Source of the DNA: Candidatus Heimdallarchaeum aukensis
Lineage (GTDB): Archaea > Asgardarchaeota > Heimdallarchaeia > Heimdallarchaeales > Heimdallarchaeaceae
DNA length: 64,000 nt
Assembly (NCBI GenBank): GCA_021513695.1
Contig: CP084166.1
Location: forward strand, 2,656,001 to 2,720,000
Direction of reading: 5' to 3'
Positions within the stretch are counted from its first letter, which is position 1, and each line of letters starts with the position of its first letter. The translations under genes and the position numbers were made by a program. This document shows, piece by piece, positions 47,436 through 57,761 of this stretch. Below the pieces are notes generated by a model. The model saw only the letters and a list, made by a program, of their open reading frames with translations, did no database searches and was not told the origin of the DNA.

Positions 47436-48671
47436 TTATTTTGGTTTTTTTATTAGAAGATAACCAAGAGAACTGATAAATCTTCCAACTGTTATTACAG
47501 TCAATAAGAAAACAATCGCTTTCCATTTTCCCAAAGAACTAAACATTATCTCTGCAATTAAACCAAATATTAAAGAACCTAAGAATGTTGATACCCCAAG
47601 AAAAAGGTTGTAGATTCCAGTATATGTCCCTTTTTCTTCAGTAGCCGCACAATCAAGAATAAAACTATTTTGCCCTACAATAAAGATCGCGTTACTCATT
47701 CCTGAAACAGCTGAACCGATAGCTATTATCCACCAATAAGGCCACCAGAGAACAGTAAAAATAAGGTTTAGAGGGATGTAAAACATAAAAACTCTACCAA
47801 AGAAAAGCAATGTTTTTCTGGGGATTATATTTATTATTTTGCTTAATATGAGTAGGGTCAATATTTGTGTTACACTAAAAGCTGCCCAAATAAACGTGTT
47901 TTCTTGAGCAGTAGCGTACTCAGCTCTAACAAAACTAAAAATAGGCCAGCCTGCAGCCATAAAGAAAAACATAATTGAGTTTACGTAAACGAATCTTCTA
48001 AATTCTTTATTCTTTTTAACTGGTGCTAATGAAAAAACAGTTTTTTCTTGAAGTTTCTTTACTGGAGGGTCAAAAATAAATAGACTTACACAAGCACTTA
48101 ATAAAAATAATAAAGCAGTGACACGCAAAATAATCGAGTATTGTTTAAAAGTTGTGTCTCCTAAGCTTCCTAGCTGTCCAATAATTAAAAGAGAAGAAAG
48201 AGTTGCTATCGCTCCAACTATAGTAATCATACTGATTAGACCTGCTCTATTAGCTCTATTTGTCAAATCACCTTGTAAGGCAGTAAAAGCTGGATAGTAA
48301 ATAGCATAACCAAATGAAAAAATAATTACGGCTATTAAAAGAACCCAACCTTTTGAAATAAAAGGAAAGGTAAAAAGAGCTAGCCCGGAAAATAGAAAAC
48401 CAAAAATTAACATGATTTTTCTACCAATTCTATCAGATATTCTTCCAAATGTTGATTGAAAAATTTGCTGAATCAGGTTTCTACTTGAAGTAATTAGGGA
48501 AATTATGGCCGGAGACGAACCGATTATAACAGCAAAGAGTTCAATAAAAAGCCTAGCAATAAAACTAGCAGCTGTTCCAAAGCCTGTAATAAGGTAAAGA
48601 ACTGTTTTACTGAAATTTGAAGAAGAATAGAATGTTCTGTATCTAGCATAAATTTTTTTGAAATCAGTCAT
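47436..48671 (-). CDS. MFS transporter.
   Basis: 12 predicted TM helices. MFS motif A-like GRISDRIGRK between TM2 and TM3. Confidence 0.7.
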   Translation of the reverse strand: MTDFKKIYARYRTFYSSSNFSKTVLYLITGFGTAASFIARLFIELFAVIIGSSPAIISLITSSRNLIQQIFQSTFGRISDRIGRKIMLIFGFLFSGLALFTFPFISKGWVLLIAVIIFSFGYAIYYPAFTALQGDLTNRANRAGLISMITIVGAIATLSSLLIIGQLGSLGDTTFKQYSIILRVTALLFLLSACVSLFIFDPPVKKLQEKTVFSLAPVKKNKEFRRFVYVNSIMFFFMAAGWPIFSFVRAEYATAQENTFIWAAFSVTQILTLLILSKIINIIPRKTLLFFGRVFMFYIPLNLIFTVLWWPYWWIIAIGSAVSGMSNAIFIVGQNSFILDCAATEEKGTYTGIYNLFLGVSTFLGSLIFGLIAEIMFSSLGKWKAIVFLLTVITVGRFISSLGYLLIKKPK

Positions 48672-48778
48672 TATTCCATAAATAAGAAAATTGTTTTTAA
48701 ATTTAAGTTTTCACAACTTATTAATCAACGATTTAAAAGTTCCTGTTGTTAAACCTATAAGTATTTATTCAATTCTTT

Positions 48779-49927
48779 CTATTTATCCTTTTTCTTTTCA
48801 ATATAGGAATAGAAGATTGTATCTATTTCATTTAGTATTATTAGAATTTTTTCTAAGTTAACTTTCATTAAGGAATTGTCAGGCATATTTACTTCAGTTT
48901 CAAAAATTAATACTTGAATAGGATTTCGTAGCCCATCAATAAGAGTTTCTAAATAATCATAACTGTTCTCTAGAAAAGAAAACATTTTGTTACTTTTATC
49001 TTTTTCAACTTCTATTTCCTTATTTCTAGATCTTAACTTACTCTTAATATTAAGTACTCTTAAGGTAAAATATGAAATTATTATAGTTGCAAATCCCAAA
49101 AAAATTTTTATGAATAGAATTAAGTAGTTTTCTTCAGTCTCGAAATAGTTTCTTAAACAATCGTAGTATGATGAATCTTTATCTTGTTTAAGTTCAGAGA
49201 GATAGTGATCTATTGTTCCAAGTAAATAATACTTATTTAAATTATCTTTTCCTGAAGAAAATTTCAAACTAAGAGGGTTAAAAATTATATCTAGCTCTCT
49301 AACTTTTGTGTTTTTCAATTTATAATTATAAAATAAGTTATTTACAACTCCTGCATCTAACTTGTGCTTATCTTCTAAATCTTCAATTAAGTCATCGTAA
49401 TTTTGATACTCTATAAAGGAGCTTTCTATTTTGTATTCATTGAGCAAGTTCTTAATTCCATTATTACTTTTATACATAGGATCATCAACTACAACTCCTA
49501 TTCTTTTATGATGAAGATCAAAAATTGTGTGTATTTCAGAACTAGTTGTTACTACTACTCCCATAGTTGATATAACTGTTTCATTGTTAAATTCTAGACT
49601 ATTATATGTATCAAAAGAGTAGTCAACTGCTAGAATAATGTCAATCTCATTACGAATTGTTTTATTATACACATCAGAAAAAGTTCCAAAATAATAATTG
49701 ATTTTCCAATTTACTTTTAAACCAATATATTCGATTAGATCAATAAAAATCCCTTTTATTGCATCATCTTCTTTAAATGAAAAGGGAGGATTATTGTAAA
49801 TACCTATAGAAACTTCTGTTTGATTGACATCAAAATTGATTGAGGATACATTAATGTAACCTATAGGAAATATAAAGAAACAAACAATAAGAAAAAAAAT
49901 AAAAGGTTTTTTTTTGTATAAATTCAT
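48779..49927 (-). CDS. Membrane-anchored solute-binding-domain protein with a short cytoplasmic HisKA-like helix but no ATPase domain.
   Basis: N-terminal signal/TM. An extracytoplasmic domain of about 250 aa (SBP-like). TM helix LILFIKIFLGFATIIISYF. Cytoplasmic ...ETLIDGLRNPIQVL resembles the HisKA H-box (sHELRTPL) with Asp in place of His. Confidence 0.4.
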   Translation of the reverse strand: MNLYKKKPFIFFLIVCFFIFPIGYINVSSINFDVNQTEVSIGIYNNPPFSFKEDDAIKGIFIDLIEYIGLKVNWKINYYFGTFSDVYNKTIRNEIDIILAVDYSFDTYNSLEFNNETVISTMGVVVTTSSEIHTIFDLHHKRIGVVVDDPMYKSNNGIKNLLNEYKIESSFIEYQNYDDLIEDLEDKHKLDAGVVNNLFYNYKLKNTKVRELDIIFNPLSLKFSSGKDNLNKYYLLGTIDHYLSELKQDKDSSYYDCLRNYFETEENYLILFIKIFLGFATIIISYFTLRVLNIKSKLRSRNKEIEVEKDKSNKMFSFLENSYDYLETLIDGLRNPIQVLIFETEVNMPDNSLMKVNLEKILIILNEIDTIFYSYIEKKKDK

Positions 49928-50316
49928 TTTTCTAACACAATACAGAAAATATTATTATAGTATTCTAAGTATTTCATCTTAATAAAAATTATGATGTGCT
50001 AATTTTTGAACTTTAAACATAAAAAAGTTCTTTACTAAAATGATTCAAATTATTTGTTAAATTAAATTAAGGTACAAGATATTTGGAAATCAAAACATAT
50101 GCAAATGATTTATTTAATAAAGAAATAATTTATCCTAATACATTATATTAGTTACTGCTGTAACAACGATCTCTGTTAATAACTTTTTTTTTCATAATTT
50201 GCAATTAAACTCTTTATGTAATTCTTTTAATGTCAACTATATTACCACTTAAAAACAAAATTTGTCAAATAATAATATTTATTTTTTTCAGTATTATAAA
50301 TTTTAATAGATAATAA

Positions 50317-50676
50317 ATGAAAATTTTAATCGTGGACGATGATGAAAATATTCGATTTATTTTTTCTAAAGTGTTACAAGGTTATTGTATTAAAACAGCA
50401 ATTAATGGTTTAGAAGCTGTTGAAACTTCGATATCTTGGAATCCTGATTTAATACTAATGGATATTCGTATGCCTATAATGGATGGTATTGAAGCAGCAA
50501 TAAAAATTAAAAATATTAACGAAAATCAGAAAATTATTGGAATTTCAGCTTATAGTGAAATAGAATCTGAACATTTGGAAAACAATCCATTTACTTCTTT
50601 TTTACGAAAACCAATTTCAATTAATCAATTACGTGAAGAAGTGGAAAAGTATTTACAACATAATAAATTTTTGTAG
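50317..50676 (+). CDS. Single-domain response regulator (CheY-like receiver).
   Basis: MKILIVDDDENIRF...DLILMDIRMPIMDGIEA...KIIGISAY has the receiver-domain Asp pocket and phospho-acceptor Asp. Confidence 0.85.
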   Translation: MKILIVDDDENIRFIFSKVLQGYCIKTAINGLEAVETSISWNPDLILMDIRMPIMDGIEAAIKIKNINENQKIIGISAYSEIESEHLENNPFTSFLRKPISINQLREEVEKYLQHNKFL

Positions 50677-50863
50677 TTAAATTTTTATCTAATTTTCTTA
50701 ACAAACTTGGTTTTTTATTGAAAGAATAGTAATTAATCTTTATAAGATGCGATTAGCTCAGTATTACTATTCATTTAAACTATAAAATATATTGATACGA
50801 AGTGTATCTTAATCTTTATTAATGAGAAAGAGAAAAGTATACACTTAACAAAGAGGGAAACAA

Positions 50864-51625
50864 TTGGAATTGCTAGGTATAAACTCTTTACCTTCAATTG
50901 AAATATCCTTGAAAAGAAAAGAAAGAATCAAAGAAAGTAAAAGTCAACTAGTTTTAGGCTATCATGATGAAAAGTGGAATATTATAACTTCCACCGATCG
51001 AAGAGAAGAAATAGAAAATTTAAAGACTTACAAAGGAACTACAGTTATCTCCTCATTGGTAAATAAAGGTAAGATAGTAAGTGAAGATACATTAAGAAAA
51101 CAGCTGTTCCAAAAATACTGGTTTTTCAGTATGAAAGGAGATGTAAATATTATAAAGTTGGTCGATGATATTTATAACCGTAGCTTTCCCATTTTTTTAG
51201 AAAATTTTGTTCCTAATTCTGATTCTGAAGAAGAGTTAATTTTTTCAATCATTCTAGAAGGTATTTCTAAAATCAGATATAATATTCATGAAGAAAAAAT
51301 AGCTCTTAAACTTAAAGAAATACTTAGTTGGATTGAACCTTATGGAAAAATATGTTTTTTGCTCTCTGATGGAAATTCTATGTTTGCATATAGATCTGCT
51401 CCTGCTCTATACTATAACCAAGTAGAAAAACCTCTGTTCTCTAGTATTTCTGTTTCTCTTGACATGTATGAACTAAATTTACATACTAAAAATCTGAAAA
51501 AATTAGTTCTCATATCTTCGTCCCCGAAAGAGAGAGAAAATTGGTCTTTGATGGAAAGAGGAAAAGTTTACTGCTTTTGTGGTGGAGAAGATATAAGCAA
51601 TAAAGAGAAAGTCTATTGGAGATAA
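50864..51625 (+). CDS. Hypothetical protein.
   Basis: ORF only. Its start may be later than shown. Confidence 0.3.
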   Translation: MELLGINSLPSIEISLKRKERIKESKSQLVLGYHDEKWNIITSTDRREEIENLKTYKGTTVISSLVNKGKIVSEDTLRKQLFQKYWFFSMKGDVNIIKLVDDIYNRSFPIFLENFVPNSDSEEELIFSIILEGISKIRYNIHEEKIALKLKEILSWIEPYGKICFLLSDGNSMFAYRSAPALYYNQVEKPLFSSISVSLDMYELNLHTKNLKKLVLISSSPKERENWSLMERGKVYCFCGGEDISNKEKVYWR

Positions 51626-51719
51626 TAGAATTATTTCTCCTAGATTTATTCTCGAAATAAAAGTTCTAATTATTAATGTCCTAAATAAAAAGTAAAAAAG
51701 AAAAAAAAAGAATTTGATG

Positions 51720-52844
51720 TTACCAGATGTAGAACAATGCTGTGTTTCCATCAAATTCCTGAGGAGCATCTACTCCATGATTTTTTGGATAGTTAGCAAA
51801 AGCATAATCAAAGACATCTTCCATTGGAGTAGTAACATCTCCATTAAAGTGTCCGATTAGGGTGTATTCAAGGAAATAGTATGTCCACATTCCATTTTGA
51901 TGTTCAGAGTCATCATAACCGTATCCTCTCTCTGTACAGGTAGTAGTAAGATAAACATGTTCACTATTTGGCATGTTCATCAAATCATCTCCAAACCCTC
52001 CAGAGTAGCAATGGTCTAAAAAGACGAAAATTCTATCTGCAACAGCATTATCTAAAATTGCTGCTAACTCTGTATCATAGAGATTTCCATCTTCTCCGTT
52101 TTCTCCTGAACTGCAGTCCCACATACATAAGTAGGAAGACCCTCTTCCATTACCCGAACCATGACCACTACTGATAAATGCAATTACATCATCACTATCA
52201 GCCGAAGCAACCATGTCTTGTAAGGCTTGCTTTACATTATATTCTGTAGCTAGGCCATCATATTTTGGGTAATTATCGGTATGTCCATCACCGAGAACAA
52301 CTATGTGCTCATATCCAATTCCATTCAAATAATTATACCAATCGGTTGCATCTTCGTCACAATAAGAGAGATCACTTATTGCTTTGTAGTCGCTAATGCC
52401 AACTAAAACTGCCCAATGCTCTACTTCAGTAGAGGGTGGTGGAGTAGCATCATTTGCAACTGTTACAGAAATGGTGTCAGAACCAGTTTGTCCACCACTA
52501 TCAGTAGCTGTTGCTTCAATTGTGTGAGAACCATCAGCATAAGCTGTTGTATCCCAATCATATTGATTTGCATGAACAATGAATACACCGTCTATATAGA
52601 TATCTGCTATGAGATCTCCATCTTCTTTATCAGTAGCTGAAACTAAAATAGTAACAACTCCACTAACTGTATCTCCATTAGATGGAGAATCAATGGAAAC
52701 TGTAGGAGCTTTATTTAGACCAGGTGGGACAAGAGGTTTTGCTCTCACATTAGCCTGAGTTTGTAATGGTATCATAGTAATAAGAAAAGCTCCAATCACC
52801 AAAACTGTAAATATTGTTATCTTTTTTTTCATTTTTTTCACCAA
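51720..52844 (-). CDS. Secreted caspase-fold (clan CD) cysteine peptidase with an N-terminal Ig-like domain.
   Basis: Signal peptide. Ig-like region SIDSPSNGDTVSGVVTILVSATD...SHTIEATATDSGG. WAVLVGISDY start of the peptidase domain. His in FISSGHGSG. Cys in FVFLDHCYSGGF. Confidence 0.6.
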   Translation of the reverse strand: MVKKMKKKITIFTVLVIGAFLITMIPLQTQANVRAKPLVPPGLNKAPTVSIDSPSNGDTVSGVVTILVSATDKEDGDLIADIYIDGVFIVHANQYDWDTTAYADGSHTIEATATDSGGQTGSDTISVTVANDATPPPSTEVEHWAVLVGISDYKAISDLSYCDEDATDWYNYLNGIGYEHIVVLGDGHTDNYPKYDGLATEYNVKQALQDMVASADSDDVIAFISSGHGSGNGRGSSYLCMWDCSSGENGEDGNLYDTELAAILDNAVADRIFVFLDHCYSGGFGDDLMNMPNSEHVYLTTTCTERGYGYDDSEHQNGMWTYYFLEYTLIGHFNGDVTTPMEDVFDYAFANYPKNHGVDAPQEFDGNTALFYIW

Positions 52845-53028
52845 ATAAACTTGGTTGATTGAAATTATTTAAACAATTATTTAAATACTATGTTAAAATT
52901 ATTTCACTTTTTTATTAACTAGTAATGCATAAAAGTAAAAAATAGCATAAAAGGCAAAAAAAATGACCTGACACCAAATATGAAGCAAAGAACATAATAT
53001 TTTGTTTTTTAAAAAAAAGAAAAAAGAG

Positions 53029-54048
53029 TTATGGAGCTTGAATTAGACCATAACCAAATTCTGGATCCCAACCAGGTTCACCAAGATCTAAAGCATTGTT
53101 GATTAACCAATCTTTAACTGCAGCAGGATCTCTTTGTCCACCCATTGCTAGATAGAGAGCAACTAAACCACTTACATGTGGGCAAGCCATGGATGTACCA
53201 GAGAGTGTATCATAACCTCCGTTTTTGTAGGTGGAATAAATACTTACTCCAGGAGCAGCAAAATCTAGAAATGGACCAGAGTTTGAGAAACTGGCAATTG
53301 TGTCGTCTTTGTCCGTTGCTCCAACAGCTATAACTTCATCGTATGCTGCTGGCCAACTGTATTCGTCAGTTGTTGGATCACCATCTCCTTCATTTCCTGC
53401 AGCTGCTACAATAGTAATTCCAGCGTTATAAGCATCGATAATTGCATTGTGAACTTCTTCACCAGGGTCTCCAGAAGCGCCTAGAGACATGCTAATAACA
53501 TCAGCATCGTCTTCTGTACCAACAACACCATCAGGCCCTTCCATTGCAAGATATATTCCTGTGATTAAATCATCCCAATCTCCACGACCGCCAGCTCCTA
53601 GAACCTTTATGGCATAGATTTGGACATTAGCATACATACCTACTACTCCATTGTTGTCTCGAATAGCTCCTATTGTTCCAGCTACGTGAGTTCCATGACC
53701 ATTTTTATCATCAGGATCTCCTCCTCCTGTAGCGTCAACAGCCCAAGCAATATTTGGCATTAAGTCTGGATGATCTAAATCGATACCAGAATCCAGAATA
53801 GCTACTTGAACTGCAGTTGTATATTGGTCACCATAATAAGCACCATTAAAAACTCGTTCGATACCCCAAGGAGTCTCTGGATCATCATCTTGCCAATCAT
53901 AAGTTGTATCATCTCCTCCTCCAAATAGCCAATCAGGAGGACCAGCAAGTGCGAAGGATTGTTTAGCGTAACTTGAAATGGGTACAGCGATTAGACCTAG
54001 TATTAGGGTTGCTAGTAATATACTTTTTATGCTTTTCATTTTTATCAC
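53029..54048 (-). CDS. Secreted subtilisin-like serine protease (S8).
   Basis: Catalytic triad motifs VAILDSGID (Asp), HGTHVAGTIGA (His), GTSMACPHVSGLVAL (Ser). N-terminal signal peptide. Confidence 0.85.
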   Translation of the reverse strand: MIKMKSIKSILLATLILGLIAVPISSYAKQSFALAGPPDWLFGGGDDTTYDWQDDDPETPWGIERVFNGAYYGDQYTTAVQVAILDSGIDLDHPDLMPNIAWAVDATGGGDPDDKNGHGTHVAGTIGAIRDNNGVVGMYANVQIYAIKVLGAGGRGDWDDLITGIYLAMEGPDGVVGTEDDADVISMSLGASGDPGEEVHNAIIDAYNAGITIVAAAGNEGDGDPTTDEYSWPAAYDEVIAVGATDKDDTIASFSNSGPFLDFAAPGVSIYSTYKNGGYDTLSGTSMACPHVSGLVALYLAMGGQRDPAAVKDWLINNALDLGEPGWDPEFGYGLIQAP

Positions 54049-54292
54049 TTTTTATATGGTTGTGTTCAACCAAAAGAAAGTTCATATTATCTTATAAAAA
54101 CATTGTGTCAAATTTTTATAAGTAAATACTTATTTGAAAAAACGGCGCACTTGCTTGCCTTAGTTTAACAAATTGTTTGCCTTACAAGTTTCTGAAAAAA
54201 GGAGTTTAATTGCGGGGTAACAGTTGTTTTTTGATACCTACAAAAAAGTTGGTTGAGACAAAGGGATAAAAATATAAATGTTAATTTGAAAT

Positions 54293-54793
54293 ATGTCTCT
54301 GAGTAACATGCAATTGAAAAAGAAATTGTTATTATTAATTATTGGTTTCATAGTATTTAGTTCTTTAGTGAGAGCGCTTCCTCAAGATGATTCAGTTTCA
54401 ACTAACTCTACAGATAATTTGTTGAGACTATCACTTTATGATGCTTCTTATAACGATTTTGATGATGATGGAAGAATGGATGATGTTGAGTGTTTTCTTG
54501 ATATCATGATTTCAGATGACTTGAACAGGAAAAATTTTATCTGTGATATATCAATTTATCTGCCTAATGGAGATAGTTATGAATATAGTATCTTAGTATC
54601 TATGAAGTATGATAGCATAACACTCAGAATCGTTTTCATGAATCATGCATATGTTTCTGGAGATTATAGAATCAAAGTGGAAATAAATTTATTTACATCT
54701 GGTTTCTACTATGATGAAACAGAAATAGTTTTTGATCCACCAAGTGAAGAAATTCCTGATGATGAACCATTTATAACTTACTCCACAGTATAA
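54293..54793 (+). CDS. Small secreted protein of unknown function.
   Basis: N-terminal signal/TM (LLLLIIGFIVFSSLVRA). Asp-rich. 166 aa. Confidence 0.35.
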   Translation: MSLSNMQLKKKLLLLIIGFIVFSSLVRALPQDDSVSTNSTDNLLRLSLYDASYNDFDDDGRMDDVECFLDIMISDDLNRKNFICDISIYLPNGDSYEYSILVSMKYDSITLRIVFMNHAYVSGDYRIKVEINLFTSGFYYDETEIVFDPPSEEIPDDEPFITYSTV

Positions 54794-54844
54794 TTATAAT
54801 TTAAAGAATATATTTTAAAAAATTCTGAAAGCAGTTGCTAGAGG

Positions 54845-55969
54845 GTGCCTATTGGATTGATTACAAAAACAGACTACCAATTACTAATCTTATTGCAATC
54901 TAAGCCTACAATTAGCTATTCTGATATTGCACGCATTTTTAATATAAGTTCAGCAACTGCAAAAAGAAAAATTGTTGAATTAAGAAATAAAGGATTATAT
55001 TCTGGTAAGTATGCACAATTTTATCCTACAGCTTTAGGGCTGAATAAATTTATAGTGGTTTCTTTTGTTAAGAGTATTAAGCAAATTTTAATGCTTGAAA
55101 AAGCTCTACGAGAACACCCTTATACAATTCACAGATCAAGGATTTATTCGCCTAAACTAGGTATCTACTCTGAATTTAATTTTCCAATGGAGAATACAAG
55201 TTTTTTAGAAGAGTTTTTTGACAATCTAAAAAATGAAAAGGTGATTGACTCTTTCACCATTTTTGAATCAACCCATATTGAGAAAACGTTACCATTAAAT
55301 CTCAATAAAGTTAGTTTAGATACTCTTAGTTGGGAATATGATTGGAATACCTTAAAAGAATCCTTAGACAAAACAGAAAAAGCTGTTATTCCTGTTCCTC
55401 CCCGAAATATGCTTAAATCTATGAAAGAACTTGATTTTAAGATCTTAAGCATTCTTACCGTTAATGCAGATTATTCTCAGAGAGAGATAAGTCGGATGTT
55501 AAAAAGAGATAGAACTGAAGTTTGGAGAAGATTCAAGTTTCTTGAAGAGAATATTATATCTGGATATCGTTCCAAAATTAATCGTCAAAAATTTAACATC
55601 ACAAGCAATAAAATCATTTTCTTAAGGTTTGAAGATGAGTTGGAACTCTGGCAATATTTTTCTCTTCTTTCTGACGAACAACTGCGCCCTCCTTTTCGAT
55701 ATAGAATAGAAATATTAAAAGAAAAAAATTCTATGAAGAAAATCTTTCAAATTTATATTTCACTTCCTCAAAATCATGAGGCCCAGTTATTTTACTTTAT
55801 TGCAGATAATACGGATTTTGAGAGTTATAATATTGATACAGTAGGTACTCATGGTGTAAGATATTCCTTTTATGAACCTAATTTTGATTATAATGATTGG
55901 GAATGGAAAATAAACAGAAAATATGTTGTAACTGACCCTATTAGAAATATTATACCTAAAAAAATCTGA
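54845..55969 (+). CDS. Putative transcriptional regulator with two AsnC/Lrp-type HTH modules.
   Basis: Two HTH_AsnC-like N-terminal segments (LLQSKPTISYSDIARIFNISSATAKRKIVELRNKGLY; ILSILTVNADYSQREISRMLKRDRTEVWRRFKFLEENIISGY). Confidence 0.45.
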   Translation: MPIGLITKTDYQLLILLQSKPTISYSDIARIFNISSATAKRKIVELRNKGLYSGKYAQFYPTALGLNKFIVVSFVKSIKQILMLEKALREHPYTIHRSRIYSPKLGIYSEFNFPMENTSFLEEFFDNLKNEKVIDSFTIFESTHIEKTLPLNLNKVSLDTLSWEYDWNTLKESLDKTEKAVIPVPPRNMLKSMKELDFKILSILTVNADYSQREISRMLKRDRTEVWRRFKFLEENIISGYRSKINRQKFNITSNKIIFLRFEDELELWQYFSLLSDEQLRPPFRYRIEILKEKNSMKKIFQIYISLPQNHEAQLFYFIADNTDFESYNIDTVGTHGVRYSFYEPNFDYNDWEWKINRKYVVTDPIRNIIPKKI

Positions 55970-56098
55970 TTTGATTCCTGAATTATCAATTAAAGCTAAA
56001 TTATTGGAAAACATTTCTAATTTTTCTTTTTCTGTCACAAAGTCTTAAAGAAATATATTTAAAGAAATTAGATAGTCTTTGAATTAGAGGAAAGAAAA

Positions 56099-57409
56099 AT
56101 GAATATAATGAATGACATTAATGATTCTGACCCTATAGTAGCTGATACAATTTTAAAAGAACTAAAGCGTCAAGAGGAAGGAATCGAACTTATTCCTTCT
56201 GAGAACTACACCTCAAGAGCTGTGTTGCAAGCAATTGGAAGTGTATTTACTAACAAATACTCTGAAGGTTATCCTAAAAAGAGATACTATGGTGGAAATG
56301 AAATTGTTGATGAAGTTGAACAGATAGCCATTGACAGAGCAAAAGAACTATTTGGTTGTGAGCATGTTAATGTACAACCTTATTCTGGTTCTCCTGCAAA
56401 TCAAGCAGTTTTTTTTGCTCTTTTAGAACTGGGAGATAAGTTTTTAGGCTTAAATCTCACTTCTGGTGGACACCTTACACACGGAAGCCATGTGAATTTT
56501 TCAGGTAAAAACTATACTTGTGTGAGCTATGATGTCGATAAAGAAACAGAAATGTTAGATATGGACTCAATTAGAAAACTTGCAATAGAAGAGAAACCCA
56601 AAATGATTATTTCTGGATTAACTGCTTATCCACGAGAAATTGACTTTAAAGCTTTTCAAGAGATTGCTGAAGAAGTAGACGCTTATCACTTTGCTGATAT
56701 CTCTCATATTGCAGGATTAGTCGCAGGAGGGGTTCATCCAAGTCCTGTTCCACATGCTGATGTGGTAACAACAACAACTCATAAAAGCTTGAGAGGTCCT
56801 AGAGGAGCTATTATAATGACCAAAATTGAAGATCGGTTACATGACAAATATCATTCAAATACGAAGAAGAACCTTGCTCAACTTATCGATTCTGCTGTTT
56901 TTCCAGGTCTCCAAGGAGGGCCTCATGATAATACAACAGCTGCGAAAGCAGTAGCTTTTGGAGAGGCACTTAAACCTGAGTTCAAAGAATACGCCTCGCA
57001 GATAGTAAAAAATGCTAAAACTCTTGCAGATGAACTAATGTCACTTGGAATTAAGTTGGTTACTAACGGAACAGATAATCATTTAATATTGATAGATCTC
57101 CGTCCAGAAGGATTAACTGGTCAAGGTAAACTAATTCAAAATGCTTTAGATGCAGCAGGAATAACAGTAAACAAGAATACAGTACCATATGAACCATCAA
57201 CACCATTCAACCCGTCAGGAATAAGGTTAGGTACACCTGCAGTAACTACAAGAGGAATGAAAGAGTCAGAAATGAAAGTTATTGCAGAAGGTTTAGCTAA
57301 AGTTATAAAAGCTAAAGGAGATCCTGAAGTTAGTGCTAAAGTTAAGAAGGATATCTTAGAACTTACAAAACAATTCCCATTATACCCTGGGATGAAAATA
57401 CTGCAATAA
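56099..57409 (+). CDS. glyA: Serine hydroxymethyltransferase.
   Basis: PLP-Lys region TTTTHKSLRGPRGA. Conserved LIPSENYTS. GSPANQAV. Length 436 aa. Confidence 0.9.
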   Translation: MNIMNDINDSDPIVADTILKELKRQEEGIELIPSENYTSRAVLQAIGSVFTNKYSEGYPKKRYYGGNEIVDEVEQIAIDRAKELFGCEHVNVQPYSGSPANQAVFFALLELGDKFLGLNLTSGGHLTHGSHVNFSGKNYTCVSYDVDKETEMLDMDSIRKLAIEEKPKMIISGLTAYPREIDFKAFQEIAEEVDAYHFADISHIAGLVAGGVHPSPVPHADVVTTTTHKSLRGPRGAIIMTKIEDRLHDKYHSNTKKNLAQLIDSAVFPGLQGGPHDNTTAAKAVAFGEALKPEFKEYASQIVKNAKTLADELMSLGIKLVTNGTDNHLILIDLRPEGLTGQGKLIQNALDAAGITVNKNTVPYEPSTPFNPSGIRLGTPAVTTRGMKESEMKVIAEGLAKVIKAKGDPEVSAKVKKDILELTKQFPLYPGMKILQ

Positions 57410-57442
57410 ATTTCCTTCTTTCTTTTTTTATAGATTATAAAA

Positions 57443-57720
57443 TTAAACTCTTTTTCCTGAAAGGTTTAATTTATAGGTTCGAATTGTTTCTGGTTGAATA
57501 ATTTTACCTGTTGGAGTTATAAATGATAAAGCATCGAAGGGACATTGAACAATGCAAGTTCCACATTTTATACAATCTATTGAATTGACTATTTTCACTT
57601 TTTTTTCCTCTTCATCCATTGAATAGCAGTTACGATGACAGACATCTATACAAATTCCTGTTCCTTTACATTTTTCTTTATCTAAAAGTATTTTGTACTT
57701 GCTTTCTTCAATAATGTCAT
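57443..57720 (-). pseudogene. Ferredoxin-like coding remnant. The C-terminal part carries an intact CxxCxxCxxxCP motif, with a possible GTG start at 57598 giving 52 aa. The upstream Cys-rich part is in another frame, interrupted by an in-frame TAG and a frameshift at a 7-T homopolymer.
   Basis: Minus-strand frame B gives (GTG)KIVNSIDCIKCGTCIVQCPFDALSFITPTGKII...GKRV*. Frame A gives MTLLKKASTKYF*IKKNVKETGICIDVCHRNCYSMDEEEKK*, which ends at the T7 run at 57599-57605. It is not in the ORF track (below 60 aa). Confidence 0.3.
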
Positions 57721-57761
57721 TTTTATATAACTTTGATGAAGATAAAAAGATTTACAATTTT

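Noticed and set aside
57443-57618. Reading the ferredoxin remnant as one clean 2x[4Fe-4S] ferredoxin gene
   Set aside because: On careful re-reading, the two Cys-containing parts are in different frames. The upstream part also has an in-frame TAG and no canonical first-cluster motif. I therefore report it as a disrupted or uncertain locus rather than an intact gene.
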